In this document: piece after piece, positions 37,701 through 49,900 of the stretch
Numbering within the stretch: position 1 is the first letter of the stretch
How the letters are laid out: each line of letters opens with the position of its first letter
From: Macrostomum lignano
Lineage: Eukaryota
Assembly (NCBI GenBank): GCA_002269645.1
Contig: NIVC01000247.1
Location: 1 to 64,000 of the forward strand
Length of the DNA stretch: 64,000 bases
Direction: 5' to 3'
Notes under the pieces: model-generated
What the model saw: only the letters and a program-made list of their open reading frames with translations
Database searches by the model: none
What the model was told of the DNA's origin: nothing
Position numbers and translations under genes: made by a program

Positions 37701-39551
37701 GTTATGGAGAAGATGCAGCTGCACAGGAAGATGGCGCGAATCCCGATTGAGTATCATCCGCCACTGCTCGGATACGAGGATCCAACATTCACCGAGTTCA
37801 TGGCACCGGGCATCATCATCACCATTCTGTTCTTCTTGTCCACCGGACTCACAGCTGTCACCTTTGTTGTACAACGTAAAGAGGGCCTCCTCGATCGAAG
37901 TCTCGTGGCCGGAGTTACCTTCTTGGAGCTGATGCTGGGTCACGTGCTCACGGAGTTGATCATCATGTCTGGTACGAATTTCGCGCTATTCTACCGTATG
38001 CAAATCCAGCTGAAATGAAGTGGCTTTGTATTTCTAACTCAGCTCTACTCAATAGGCGCATCAAGTTTTACTATCTAGCCAAGCTTGCTTGTTAGAATTG
38101 CAAGGACCACAAACCCGTTTGCAGGTCAAACCGCACTGTTGCTGGTGCTGTCTCTTCTGGCATTCTCCATCAGGTGCAACGGCTCTGTGGCCTTGGTGAT
38201 CCTGCTGTCTCTGTGCTGCGGCTTCAGTGGCATGTCGCTGGGCCTCCTCATCTCCGTGCTGTGCACCGATGAGAACTCGGCGATGCAGGCCGCTCTGGGC
38301 ACCATGTACCCCTGCCTGTTGCTCAGCGGCATCATGTGGCCGACTGAGGCCATGCCCGTGGCGCTCTGGTACATGAGCAGGGCCTTGCCAACCACCCTGT
38401 TGGCTGAGTCTATGCGTTCGGTGATCAGCCGAGGTGAGTGAGACTACAGTGGGAGCAGAATACATTCTCACAATAATTTAGAGCTCTCTGTGCACCAAAA
38501 TTAGTCTGTGACTTGTCATTTTGTATCGTATATTTTCGTATCGTATTGTGTCGTGTCGTATCGTGTTGTGTCGTGTCGTTTCGTGTAGTGTCGTATCGTA
38601 TCGTGTTGTGTCGTGTCGTTTCGTGGTGTTTCGTGTCATGTTTTTTTCGTTTCGTGTCGTATCGTGTCGTGTCTTGTATTGTGTCGTGTCGTATCGTGTC
38701 GTGTCGTATCGTGTCGTGTCGTATCGTGTCGTGTCGTGTCGAATCGTGTTGTGTCGTATCATATCGTGACGTGTCATGTATTGTGTCGTGTTGTTTTGTG
38801 GTGTTTCGTGTCATGGTTTTTTGTGTCGTGTCGTATCGTGTCATGTATTGTGTCGTGTCGTATCGTATCGTGCCGTGTCGTTTCATTTGTATCGTGTCGT
38901 GTCGTATCGTGTTGTGTCGTGTCGTATCGTGTTGTGTCGTGTCGTTTCGTGGTGTTTCGTGTCATGGTTTTTTTCGTGTCGTGTCGTATCGTATCGTGTC
39001 ATGTATTGTGTCTTGTCGTATCGTGTCGTACCGTGTCGTTTCATTTGTATCGTGTCGTGCCGTGTCGTTTCATTTGTATCGTGTCGTACCGTGTCGTTTC
39101 ATTTGTATCGTGTCGTGCCGTGTCGTTTCATTTGTATCGTGTCGTGTCGGATCCTGTTGGGTCGTGTCGTATTCTGTTGTGTCGTGTCGTTTCGTGGTGT
39201 CTCGTGTCGTGGTTTTTTCGTGTCATGTCGTATTGTGTGGATTTCCGCGCTCAGGGGTCAGCGAAATTGACTGCTTAACCGTTTTTCTGGCTGCGCTGCG
39301 GTTGTCGACTGTCGCCAAATTGATTTGCGGGGAAGTCCAAACCACCGGTTAAAAATCTAAATGAAGAATGAGACTGATACCTGACACACCAAGCTTTATT
39401 TTTTGAGAATCGCGTCAAAAAACTTAAAAACTCGCACGCAGGCTTCGGCATGTCGGCAACATCCGTGTGGCTCGGGTTCGTGTCGGCTTCTGGCTGGTCC
39501 GTGTTCCTGCTGCTGGCGGCACTGCTGCTCATCAAGCTCAGAGGCATCTAG
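34767..39551 (+). CDS. ABCH: ABC half-transporter, ABCH-type (NBD-TMD), 724 aa, 8 exons
   Basis: Exons 34767-34891, 35150-35464, 35556-35663, 36172-36346, 36424-36942, 37458-37971, 38125-38433, 39442-39551 (2175 nt, in frame, all GT-AG). Walker [10 protein letters not shown]-loop [28 protein letters not shown], and a membrane domain with FTEFMAPG and [12 protein letters not shown]. Confidence 0.9.
34975..35043 (-). mobile_element. tRNA(Glu-CTC)-like pseudogene or SINE head in ABCH intron 1
   Basis: Minus strand GGCAGCTCAGCGGTAAAATG...CTCTCGC...GGGTTCGAATCC gives A/B boxes, but there is no paired acceptor stem. Confidence 0.5.
35647..36075 (+). repeat. 49-bp tandem repeat containing the exon 3 end and its 5' splice site (9 donor copies)
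   Basis: Unit CCTCTGCTCAGGCAGTG|GTGAGTGCCGGTCTGTGAGCATGGGTGAGGA(G/C). The first copy is the functional donor at 35663/35664. Confidence 0.93.
38520..39240. repeat. (TCGTG)n-type pentanucleotide array in the last ABCH intron
   Basis: GTGTC/GTATC units with higher-order blocks. The CRIV/VSYR ORFs are artefacts. Confidence 0.92.
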
Positions 39552-39819
39552 GTTGTGGCGACAAGATTGAAAAAATGATGGATTTATTTGATGAACCAAT
39601 TTTTGCTTTCCCTGAACGCTGATGGTTTGGCTATACTAAATGTATGTTCGCAAAATATCATATGCTAAATGTACAACGAACAATTACGGTACCTGTAGAT
39701 GCTCATGGTGAATGACAATTGTATGCCCTGGTTTCTTGGTACCTCTGTCAGCTCTACAACTTTGCAGAGACACCACTCAGCGAACCCCCTGTTTTTAGCT
39801 TGCCAACTGCTCTCTGCTA

Positions 39820-40000
39820 CTCACCACACTTTATCACTTAACCCACCACCCCACTCTCTGCCCCTCGCCACACTTTATCACTTAACCCACCACCCCACTC
39901 TCTGCCCCTCGCCACAGTTTATCACTTAACCCACCACCCCACTCTCTGCCCCTCGCCACAGTTTATCACTTAACCCACCACGCTACTCTCATCCCCTCAC
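39820..40000. repeat. ~44-bp tandem repeat between the two ABCH 3' ends
   Basis: TTTATCACTTAACCCACCACCCCACTCTCTGCCCCTCGCCACA, about 3.5 copies. Confidence 0.85.
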
Positions 40001-40747
40001 TACTTTATAGCTTTACAAATTTTCTAACTGGACATAACGAGCGGATAAGATAAATTCAAAATACCACCAGCTGCATCGCTATAAACCGCACCTGTACTCG
40101 TATGCATAATTTGGACGTTTTTTCTAAAATTTCAATGATTTTTGTAGAAAATTTTTGATAATTAAATTGATAAAAATTTAGCCAAGGAACAACCTAACTA
40201 ATGAACGAATAAAATTGAAATACGAACTTAATACCGCTATCAGTTATTCATATAAATGACTCGATTAAGGCTTAGTAGCAGGTAGAAACACTGCGCTATA
40301 ATTACGAGCTATTCGGAGCTTAATTAAGTTTAAACTCAGATCAATACGAGCTATTGTTGGTTGCTTTACTAGGTAGCTCGTAATCCATAGTCAGGAGTGT
40401 TTTTTAATTTTAAGTTTAACCACAGTTATAGTTTTCCAGAAGTAGGTAGCTATTATATGTACATAATAGTACATCCATACAGTCGCTTGTTACCATCGCA
40501 TTTAAAATTTATAAAGATAAGTACGAGTAGTTACGAATGTACAAGATAATGGATAAAAATCGTTTGAATACGCGCCAAAATAGCGTGACAAAAGCTGGAA
40601 TAACAAACGCCGGGTTCTGAAAAGGACACACCCCGTACATTGTGCGCTAAAAATACAGCAAATATTAACAATTGGTACAAGTGGTACAAGTTCTTCTCCA
40701 AGATCGGCTCAACAAGTCAGTCAGTCTGATTAGGATGGGACACTGCA

Positions 40748-43173
40748 TCAGACACCTCGAAGCTTGATGAGCAACAGCGACAACATCAGCAGCAGGACGG
40801 ACCAACCAGACGAGGACACGACTCCAGCCCACACGGATGTGGCTGTCATATCGAAGCCTTAAATATAGGGAATTAAAAAACGGAGAGATGGAAGTCAATT
40901 TCATAAATTCGCTTTGCCAAATAAAGCTAACGAGCTTAGTGAAAATGGTTTTTTTGCTATTGCGCGGCACATCTGAAGGCTGCGTACGGCTGTTCAGTCC
41001 AAGGACTGGGGGGTCGCCACACACCCTCAATTACCCCAGCTAATGCTGGTATATCTATTTAAGTGTCTTGCTTAGGGACACACAAATGATTCCGGGTGGG
41101 CTGAGACCTTTCAGTTGTAAGACCATCTAACCATGCTCTAACCACTTTGCTTAGACTTGGTGTAAAACAGCCCTGACTTTCCATTGTACAGCGCTGGGGT
41201 CTGTTTCTGTGATTCTGTGCTTCACAGCTAGCTCAGAATCAAACTCAGACAAGTGGAGCTATTTGAGGCGAGGGGACCCCTAGCTACACCCTTGAGCTCA
41301 GGTAATGTGGGTCGAGAGTGTACCGTAGTCAGTGCGTAAGTTTTGCCAGCGGTAATCAGCTATGATTATACAGGTATCGCTCAGTTTTTTTGTAAAGAGT
41401 TCCCGATGACGACTCACCTCGACTGATCACCGAGCGCATGGCCTCAGCAGACAGGGCAGTCGGCATCGCCCTGCTGATGTACCAGAGCGCGGTGGGCATG
41501 GCTTCGATTGGCCACATGATGCCGCTGAGCAGCAGGCATGGGTACATGGTGCCCAGAGCCGCCTGCATCGCTGCATTCTCATCAGTACACAGCACGGAGA
41601 TGAACAGGCCCAACGACATGCCGCAGAAGCCGGTGCTCATGGTCAGCAGGACCACCACTGCTGGTGAGCCATGGCAGGGAATCGCGAAGACGGCCAGACA
41701 GACAACCAGGAGAAGGCCGGCTTGAACTGCGGTTGAAGGATGACATTAAGATTCAGAACTTTCTTTCGATTCCCTCATCTTGTCAAAGGTTTTAAAAGTT
41801 TGTCAGTCTAATTAATACAGGGGCTGAAAGTTGATCTTTTTCAGTATCAACGCGACTTCTTGATCTGCCAAGAGGGATCTGTTGACTCAAAATGACTCAA
41901 AATTTTCTACAAGAACGAATGCTCGAATGGACGAACGCTGGCTAAGAATAATACGAATCGTAATAAAAAATTACCGAAGAGTTGCGGAATGTCAGATTTA
42001 TCCACATAAATTGACAATAACTATCATTTCTTACTAATTTATCCCTGTAATTTGCGTTTTGTGACCCCTAATTGGGCCGTTTAGTTCGAGTGATTTGTAC
42101 AGTATAATAGTTTCACGATCGATAATTTAGGCCACGCGCACAAAGAGATCCAGTTATTATGACCTTTAAATATAACCTGCCTCGCCTCGATTTAATAACT
42201 TTCTCTCACCTTTCTCTCTCTCTCTCTTACCGGCGACTTTTACAACCGCATGCTTTTAAATTTAGCTTTCCGTCTTCGGTATTTGTCCTACTAAGCAATT
42301 GGACACGGTCACCCTGCAGCAACGACTTCAACGACATCGCCCAACAATCACTTGTGACGGCAATTCTGCCCATTCCCCTGACTCCTGAGCAACATACAAG
42401 CTCGCCAATACTGTACACAGGCACAGCACTCGTACACACGCTCACACAGGTGTACATTATAGCCCTGACTCTGTGCTTTTGTAGGTTGGTTTTGAGAAAC
42501 ACGGGATAGCAAGTACTTTTGAAGGGCAAAAAATCTCGCTATTATGAAGAGCTAAGCGTCATCCCTTACCAGACATTACGACCAGCTGCGTGAGAATATG
42601 GCCCAGCATCAGCTCCGCGATAGTGACTCCAGCCACCAGACTCCGGTCAAGGAGGCCGTGCCGGCGCTCCGAAACAAAGGTGACAGCTGTGAGTCCGGTG
42701 GACAGGAAGAACAGGATGGTGATGATCATGCCCGGTGCCATGAACTCGGTGAATGTCGGGTCCTTGCTGCCCAGAAGAGGCGGTTTGTACTCGACGGGCA
42801 GACTGGCCAGAACACGCGGCTGACCTTGCTTCTCTAGCAGGTCGCCAATGAAGTCCTGCAGGTGCTTGGCGATGGTCTTTTGCAACACGGCGCTGACTTG
42901 ATAGTTGGTGTCGTCCATCTCCAGGTGCAGGCTGCCCTGGCGCAGGGTCTCGTTGCTGAGCCCCACCGGATTGATGAGGCGCTGGGTGAGGCTGCTTGAA
43001 AAATTCTTTCTAAAGTGCAGCACCGACCAGGCATTGGCGCTAAGAACCTCGGCTCTGGCCTGCTGCAGATCCGGGAAGATCACCTGGTGGAGGGAAGAGA
43101 TGACCGACATTAACCAACTAACAAACTAACAAGATAACTAACTGACTAACTAATTAACTAACTAACTAACTTG

Positions 43174-43223
<50 letters not shown>

Positions 43224-43254
43224 TGCTAACTAACTAACTAACTAACTAACTAAC

Positions 43255-43315
<61 letters not shown>

Positions 43316-43338
43316 GACTAACTAACTAACTAACTTGA

Positions 43339-43426
<88 letters not shown>

Positions 43427-43606
43427 CAACTAACTAACTAACGAACTAACTAAATAAATAACTAACTAACTAACTACCAAACTAACTAACTAACTAAATA
43501 ACTAACTTGCTAACTTACTAACTACCTAATTAATTAACTAACTAACTAGCTAACTAACTAACTAACTAACTGACTAACTAACTAACTAATTAACTAACTA
43601 ACTAAT

Positions 43607-43640
<34 letters not shown>

Positions 43641-43765
43641 CCTAGCTAACTAACTAACTAACTTACTAACTACCTAATTAATTAACTAACTAACTAGCTA
43701 ACTAACTAACTAACTAACTGACTAACTAACTAACTAATTAACTAACTAACTAACTAACTACCTAG

Positions 43766-43851
<86 letters not shown>

Positions 43852-43874
43852 GACTAACTAACTAACTAACTTGA

Positions 43875-43958
<84 letters not shown>

Positions 43959-44138
43959 CAACTAACTAACTAACGAACTAACTAAATAAATAACTAACTA
44001 ACTAACTACCAAACTAACTAACTAACTAAATAACTAACTTGCTAACTTACTAACTACCTAATTAATTAACTAACTAACTAGCTAACTAACTAACTAACTA
44101 ACTGACTAACTAACTAACTAATTAACTAACTAACTAAT

Positions 44139-44172
<34 letters not shown>

Positions 44173-44297
44173 CCTAGCTAACTAACTAACTAACTTACTA
44201 ACTACCTAATTAATTAACTAACTAACTAGCTAACTAACTAACTAACTAACTGACTAACTAACTAACTAATTAACTAACTAACTAACTAACTACCTAG

Positions 44298-44372
<75 letters not shown>

Positions 44373-44377
44373 CCTAG

Positions 44378-44438
<61 letters not shown>

Positions 44439-44458
44439 CAACTAACCAACTAACTAAA

Positions 44459-44508
<50 letters not shown>

Positions 44509-44884
44509 CCAAACTAACTAACTAAATAACTAACTTGCTAACTTACTAACTACCTAATTAATTAACTAACTAACTAGCTAACTAACTAACTAACTAACTG
44601 ACTAACTAACTAACTAACTAACTTATCAGCGGCTAAAAGTGGGGATCGAACCATGCGGGGCAGACTGAGACCGGTTTCGGGCTTTTTTGCCCTCGTCAGT
44701 CAGTCATAGCCACACGAGGTCGGCTCCACCTCTAGCCAGCTGAGTGGAACTGCTATTTATGCGCCCTTGCACATGGCGACATTTTCTAGTCCACCATGTG
44801 AGGAATTCGCGCCATGCTCGAATAGCTTTACTATCAGTAAGCTATCGCTTACATAACTAACTAACTAACTAACTAACTACCTAG

Positions 44885-44941
<57 letters not shown>

Positions 44942-46955
44942 CAACTAACTAACTAACTAACTAACCAACTAACTAAATAACTAACTAACTAACTAACTAA
45001 CTACCTAACTAACTAACTAACTAACTAACTAACTTGCTAACTTACTAACTAACTAACTAACTTGCTAACTTACCAACTACCTAATTAACTAACTAACTAT
45101 CCAATTAGCTACCTTTCCCAGTTTTTTTCCGTCCAGTGATTCGATGAACTCCCTGCTGTAGTTTCCGCTAACATCGTCATTAACGATGGCCAGCCGCAGG
45201 TCCCTGGGCTCCGGACCAACGCATAAGCAGAACAGGACGATCTGCAGCACCGGCAAGCTGAACTGGAACAGCAGAAAGCCAATCCGCCTGATCATGTTGG
45301 TGAAATCCTTCAGGACCACCGCGCCGATACGTCGAGGTTTCGGTAGAGACCGAAACGACTCCAGTGACGATGCAGAATCTCTTATAAGCTCGGGCGTGCG
45401 ATTGGAGCTTTTTATCTCAACTGCAGACGTCATTTCAATGCTTATCGAAGCCAAATCCACATCGTTCCCATTGGCATCTGTGTTCAGCTTCACAACACAA
45501 TTGTCTGCAGGTTCAAGCTGCTGTTCCCTGCCGCTGCGACTGGCTTGACAGCAGAGCTTCAGAAACACGGACTCAAGACTCTGGAAAGTTCATGCAACTC
45601 TGATTAGTCAAATGGATTATTTCAATAATCTTTCGGTAAAATCAATCACACGTACTGTCTCTCCAAATTCGTTGAGCAGAGTTTGGGGACTCGACTCTGC
45701 CAGAAGCTTGCCGTCTCGCATCAGCGCCACCATATGGCCTTCGCGAGCCTCCTCAATGTAGTGCGTTGTGATGACCACTGATGTGGGCTTCTGGGCGTTG
45801 CTCACCAGGGAGTTTAAGTGATTCCAGATGCTGAAGTAGTTAATTTTAAAAAGGCTTCTTATTGCGTTGAGTTGATTTTGAGGTCGAATAAGCAACGCAC
45901 TCACACACCGGTACTCACCACTGCCTGAGCAGAGGCTCCTCACCCATGCTCACACACCGGCACTCACCACTGCCTGAGCAGAGGCTCCTCACCCATGCTC
46001 ACACACCGGCACTCACCACTGCCTGAGCAGAGGCTCCTCACCCATGCTCACACACCGGCACTCACCACTGCCTGAGCAGAGGCTCCTCACCCATGCTCAC
46101 ACACCGGCACTCACCACTGCCTTCACTGCCTTCACTGAGGGTCTTCACCCATGCTCACAGACCGGCACTCACCACTGCCTGAGCAGAGGGTCCACTCCCA
46201 CAGTTGGCTCATCTAGGATCAGCAGAGGCGGCTCGTGCAGCAGGGCGCAAGCGAACGAAACTCTGCGCTGCTGACCGCCGCTGAAATGGAGTTGCTGCGC
46301 CACGTGAATCTCGTGAAGGTTCAATGCTGGACACGGATTCTGAGCTGCATCACTGCTTCCCCAATTCCTCACCTGAGTCGGTAAATCAGCTTGTCCTTGC
46401 ACGGCAGCTTGAGCAGATTTACCAGAAAGTCAACCCTCGCTTTGATCTCAGCCGAGTCCATGCCGAAGATTCTGCCAAAGTAGAACAGCGTCTCGGAGAT
46501 GGTGAACTCCTGGTACAGCGCCAGGTCCTGCGGCATGTAGCCGATGAGGCTGCCCGGCACCTTGTGGCCCAGCTTCCCTGGCCGCTGACCCATGACCCGG
46601 ATGAGGCCCGAGTCCGGTCTCAGACGGCCCACGATGCACTTGAGAAGCGTGGTCTTGCCGCAGCCGCTGGGACCCAGCAGGCCGTAGCTGGACATGAGGG
46701 TTCATGGAGGTGTGCAACGAATAATCTCTTTTCTGCTCTTACCAAATATGTGCACTGACGAAGACCACCAAGGACCAGCGCAAGTCGCTAAAACCTTCAT
46801 GTAACTATTAGCACTTGGAATAGCACTTACATGTGTCCTTTCTGCACTTGGAGTGTCAGGTCCCGGATAACCGATCCACGAGCTTGGCTATAGCCTTTCC
46901 ATAGCGAGCGAACCTCGATAGAATAATCGCTGCCGTTAGCTGCATCAGTAGCCAT
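40748..46955 (-). CDS. ABCH: ABC half-transporter, ABCH-type paralogue, 707 aa, 8 exons
   Basis: Exons 46955-46831, 46687-46373, 46280-46173, 45830-45656, 45580-45113, 43083-42570, 41726-41418, 40857-40748 (2124 nt, in frame). Seven of eight exon lengths equal those of the plus copy. Starts [15 protein letters not shown], ends LLIKLRGV*. Confidence 0.9.
40973..41150 (-). mobile_element. Second, internally deleted copy of the CORE-like SINE
   Basis: CTGAAGGCTGCGTACGGCTGTTCAGTCCAAGGACTGGGGGG...CACACCCTCAATTA...GCTAATGCTGG matches 24681-24770. Confidence 0.75.
44623..44853 (-). mobile_element. ~230-bp SINE/retrozyme-like insert with Pol III-like boxes flanking a hammerhead ribozyme
   Basis: Unique sequence flanked on both sides by (GTTA)n. 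Minus strand: CCACTCAGCTGGCTAGAG (degenerate A box/D arm), then the ribozyme, then GGTTCGATCCCC (B box). Confidence 0.6.
44663..44705 (-). ncRNA. Minimal type I hammerhead ribozyme
   Basis: Minus strand GACUGA-CUGACGA-GGGC-AAAAAA-GCCC-GAAA-CCGG-UC^UCAGUC. It has a perfect 6-bp stem I, the full CUGANGA/GAAA/UH core, a 4-bp stem II and a palindromic ACCGGU stem III. Predicted cleavage is between 44669 and 44668. Confidence 0.88.
45897..46190 (-). repeat. 49-bp splice-donor tandem repeat in the minus ABCH gene (about 6 donor copies, one unit rearranged)
   Basis: Reverse complement of the 35647-36075 unit. The functional donor is at 46173/46172. Confidence 0.92.
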
Positions 46956-49900
46956 GGTGTTGACTGACATCGGCTGTTGTGTCTGTCTTTAGTCACCTAA
47001 TTAATTGCTTCAAGAACGGCAGTGTCCGATTGGTAAGACCTGATCAATCGAGCTGCACGAATTATTCAAATTTGTTTCCTTTAAATAGCCGCAAATTGAC
47101 GGCAGATGCGTCACAAAATGAGTTCGGGTGGAGGCTACCAAAACTATTTGCAGCATTGAGAAGTGGTTCGTGCGCAGATCGATTTGAAAGCGCATGCATA
47201 ATCAGTAGGTGCAAATAGAAGACACGGAAAGGCTCGCGGTTTCGAGTTGCAGTACGAATTGCGCAGTAAACTTAATTTCTATCGACTAGCTATTCATACA
47301 GGTGCAAAACCAGGTGCATTGACCAGGTGCAAAAGTAGAGATTATATAATTGTAAGAAAGAATCAAGCTATAACTCATTAATTTAGAATTTGGCATTTTG
47401 CTTTACGAGATCTAATTATCCTGCTCTTATGACGCTTCTTATGACGCAACTTGGACTCACCTGCGAGACCAGTATGAAGTTCAAGCGCAGAGCCACATCA
47501 ACTGAAACTTTCTGTAAAAACTGCACCAAAGTGTCTGCGCACCTGACTAAATTTAGATAATTTAGTTACTCCTGTAGAAAATCTACCACAAATTAGTAGC
47601 ATAGAATCCTATAGGAAATATGCTAAAAATTAGGACTTGTATTGTTCTAAATTTTATAAACTGTAGAGCTCACTACTGTAGACCTAATTTTATTTAGAAA
47701 ATATTTGCACAAATATTTCACCCATGAATGACTGGGGAAATGACCCAGGATATTTAAACATCAATTGCGATCACAAACTAAATATCAAAAACATATTCGT
47801 GTGAAGATTATAAAATCCAAATGTAGTTTCATTGCCAAAATTATACTTTACGAGCTAATAAGGAAAGCAGAAGTTTTCGTTATATTCAAGGGGAAAACTA
47901 GCAACAACTGGAAGGAATTTGTTTTTAAAGTTACAAAATATACATGGGGAAATGGGGAAATAAAATGACCCCTATCATCACCAAATATGTACATGATTGT
48001 GACAGGTGTTTGATCAAATACTTCGTGCTTGCATTGAGAAAGTCGATTTTCAATCTATATTAATGCTCATGTATGAATTAAATAAGGATTAAGGAGGCAT
48101 AAATTCTCTAAAAAACATGTGGAACACCCGAGCGAGTGAGAGCTGAAAAAAATACTAATTTGCGCTGTTTGTGAGATGAAATCAGCTGCTTTTCTTTGTG
48201 ACCCTGCAAGGTACAAATGTAGCGGTTTTGACGTTTCCTAATGTATTGGGTTTTTCCTACATTTTTAAGGTCTAAGCGTTCATAGCTGATATGCGTAAAC
48301 ATGTAAACAGGTGTGTAACGGATTCCGATCTATTATCAAGGACTACTAAAGTAGAAGGACGCAACACTCGAAATCTATATACTCGTAAAATGTTTTGAAG
48401 GCCACTTTTCCAAACATCACTTTTGAATGGATGCACTTGGAAATGTCTTCTTCGATGGGACCTTCGAAGTTTATTCCGCTTTAAGATAAAATAGCATCCG
48501 GGGCTTTGGCTTAACTTAAGTTCCTTTTATTTTCCATTTCTTAAGGCAACCCATTTTTTCGACAAGGTATGCATGCCTTACTATCTCAAATTAGTTACGT
48601 GCCTTCAACTTTATTCCTAACTCTTCGAAGGGTTCGATTTAGCCGTGTTGAATCTGTAAACAGTATAAAAAAATTTTAATTGCAAAGCGTTAGTATCCAG
48701 CAAAGTATTTATTTAAAGTGGCCTTCAAAACTTTTTCCTTTGAAACTTGAGTGTCGCATACTGTATATAACGTTGATTTAGTTGACTGACTAAGCAAGGA
48801 AATAAACAAGTTCACATGGGTCCTGTGTTGAGGAGCAGAGGAGTGTTCGGCGGTGAACTTGTCTGACTCTCTGAACCCCGGTTTGATTCCTTCCTAGCAG
48901 GAAACTTGACCCTGGGGTTGTCGTGCGGTTGACATGGCGATGAGGGTCTATACCAACCTAGCCCCGGAGCCCGGACGGACTTCATCAGAAATGTACACAC
49001 GTATACACTCTCTGCGCCTACGGTAGAGACAAACCTAATTGAGCTACTGGTGAGATATTCTGCACCCCCATATACTACTGACAAAGTACTCCTCACTATC
49101 GAATATGTTCTTTTCTCCCATCAGACTCAAATAACTCGTAAATAAATACTTTCAACAGTATAGGAATACTAAACCATTTTTCCGCCCGTCGGGTTACCAA
49201 GGGAGATGAAGTAAGGAATGAAGTGGGGGGAGCGGTGTGCGAGGGTTGGACGGATTAAAGCTACCCCGATCAGTTCTCTCGTATCTTTTACTTCATAATA
49301 GTCCATGAGGAACTGCTCACTGGCGCATAGAGTGGCGACTTTTCAGTGTTTCTGAGTATATTTGCGCGGCGCCAAACACGAAGAAACGCAGGCACACGTA
49401 ATGTGTTGCGCACCTTCTCGAACAAGAATCAAGTCGCCTGGCCACCGGAAAGTCGAAATATTCAACGATTTTGCAAGGCTTTTTTGCCGACCAAGGCGCT
49501 AGTGTACACAATACACCCCTGTGCGTCAATCAGCACTGCGTCTCAGTGCAGCTTTGCCACGCCTCCAAATTTCATCATGACTTCATTGGTCACTGGCCAT
49601 CACCCAGGCGGAGCTTCTGGACCTTCAACAGGTGGCACCAGGTGACTATGAACACCCTGTTGCGCATTTCTCCAGTTTCGCTACCAAACTTCAACAGTGG
49701 GCAAACCTACGCTCGAAACTGATGGACATCCACAGCCAGTCTCTCAAGCATTCCGTCATCACCCCGACGCCATCGACACCTTCAACAGGTGGCACCAGGT
49801 GACTATGAACACCCTGTTGGGAATTTCGAGGTGATGAGTGATGACGAAAAATCTCACTAATAGTCTACTGTTTATATACTTAAAACAAAAAAGCAATAAA

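Larger units (their letters stand above)
43110..45100. repeat. (AACT)n tetranucleotide array filling intron 5 of the minus ABCH gene, interrupted at 44623-44853
   Basis: About 1.75 kb of AACT with internal ~535-bp duplications of variant blocks. Confidence 0.96.

Noticed and set aside
47461-47543. Exon-like segment with good AG/GT sites upstream of the minus ABCH gene
   Set aside because: There is no ABC similarity, and a complete ATG-containing exon 1 exists at 46955-46831. It could be a non-coding exon but is unsupported.
48960-48995. CTGATGA-AGTCC-GTCC-GGGCT hairpin on the minus strand
   Set aside because: There is no GAAA after the stem, so the catalytic core is incomplete.
48812-49096. 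94-aa minus-strand ORF
   Set aside because: No recognisable domain in any frame, and the other frames contain stops.
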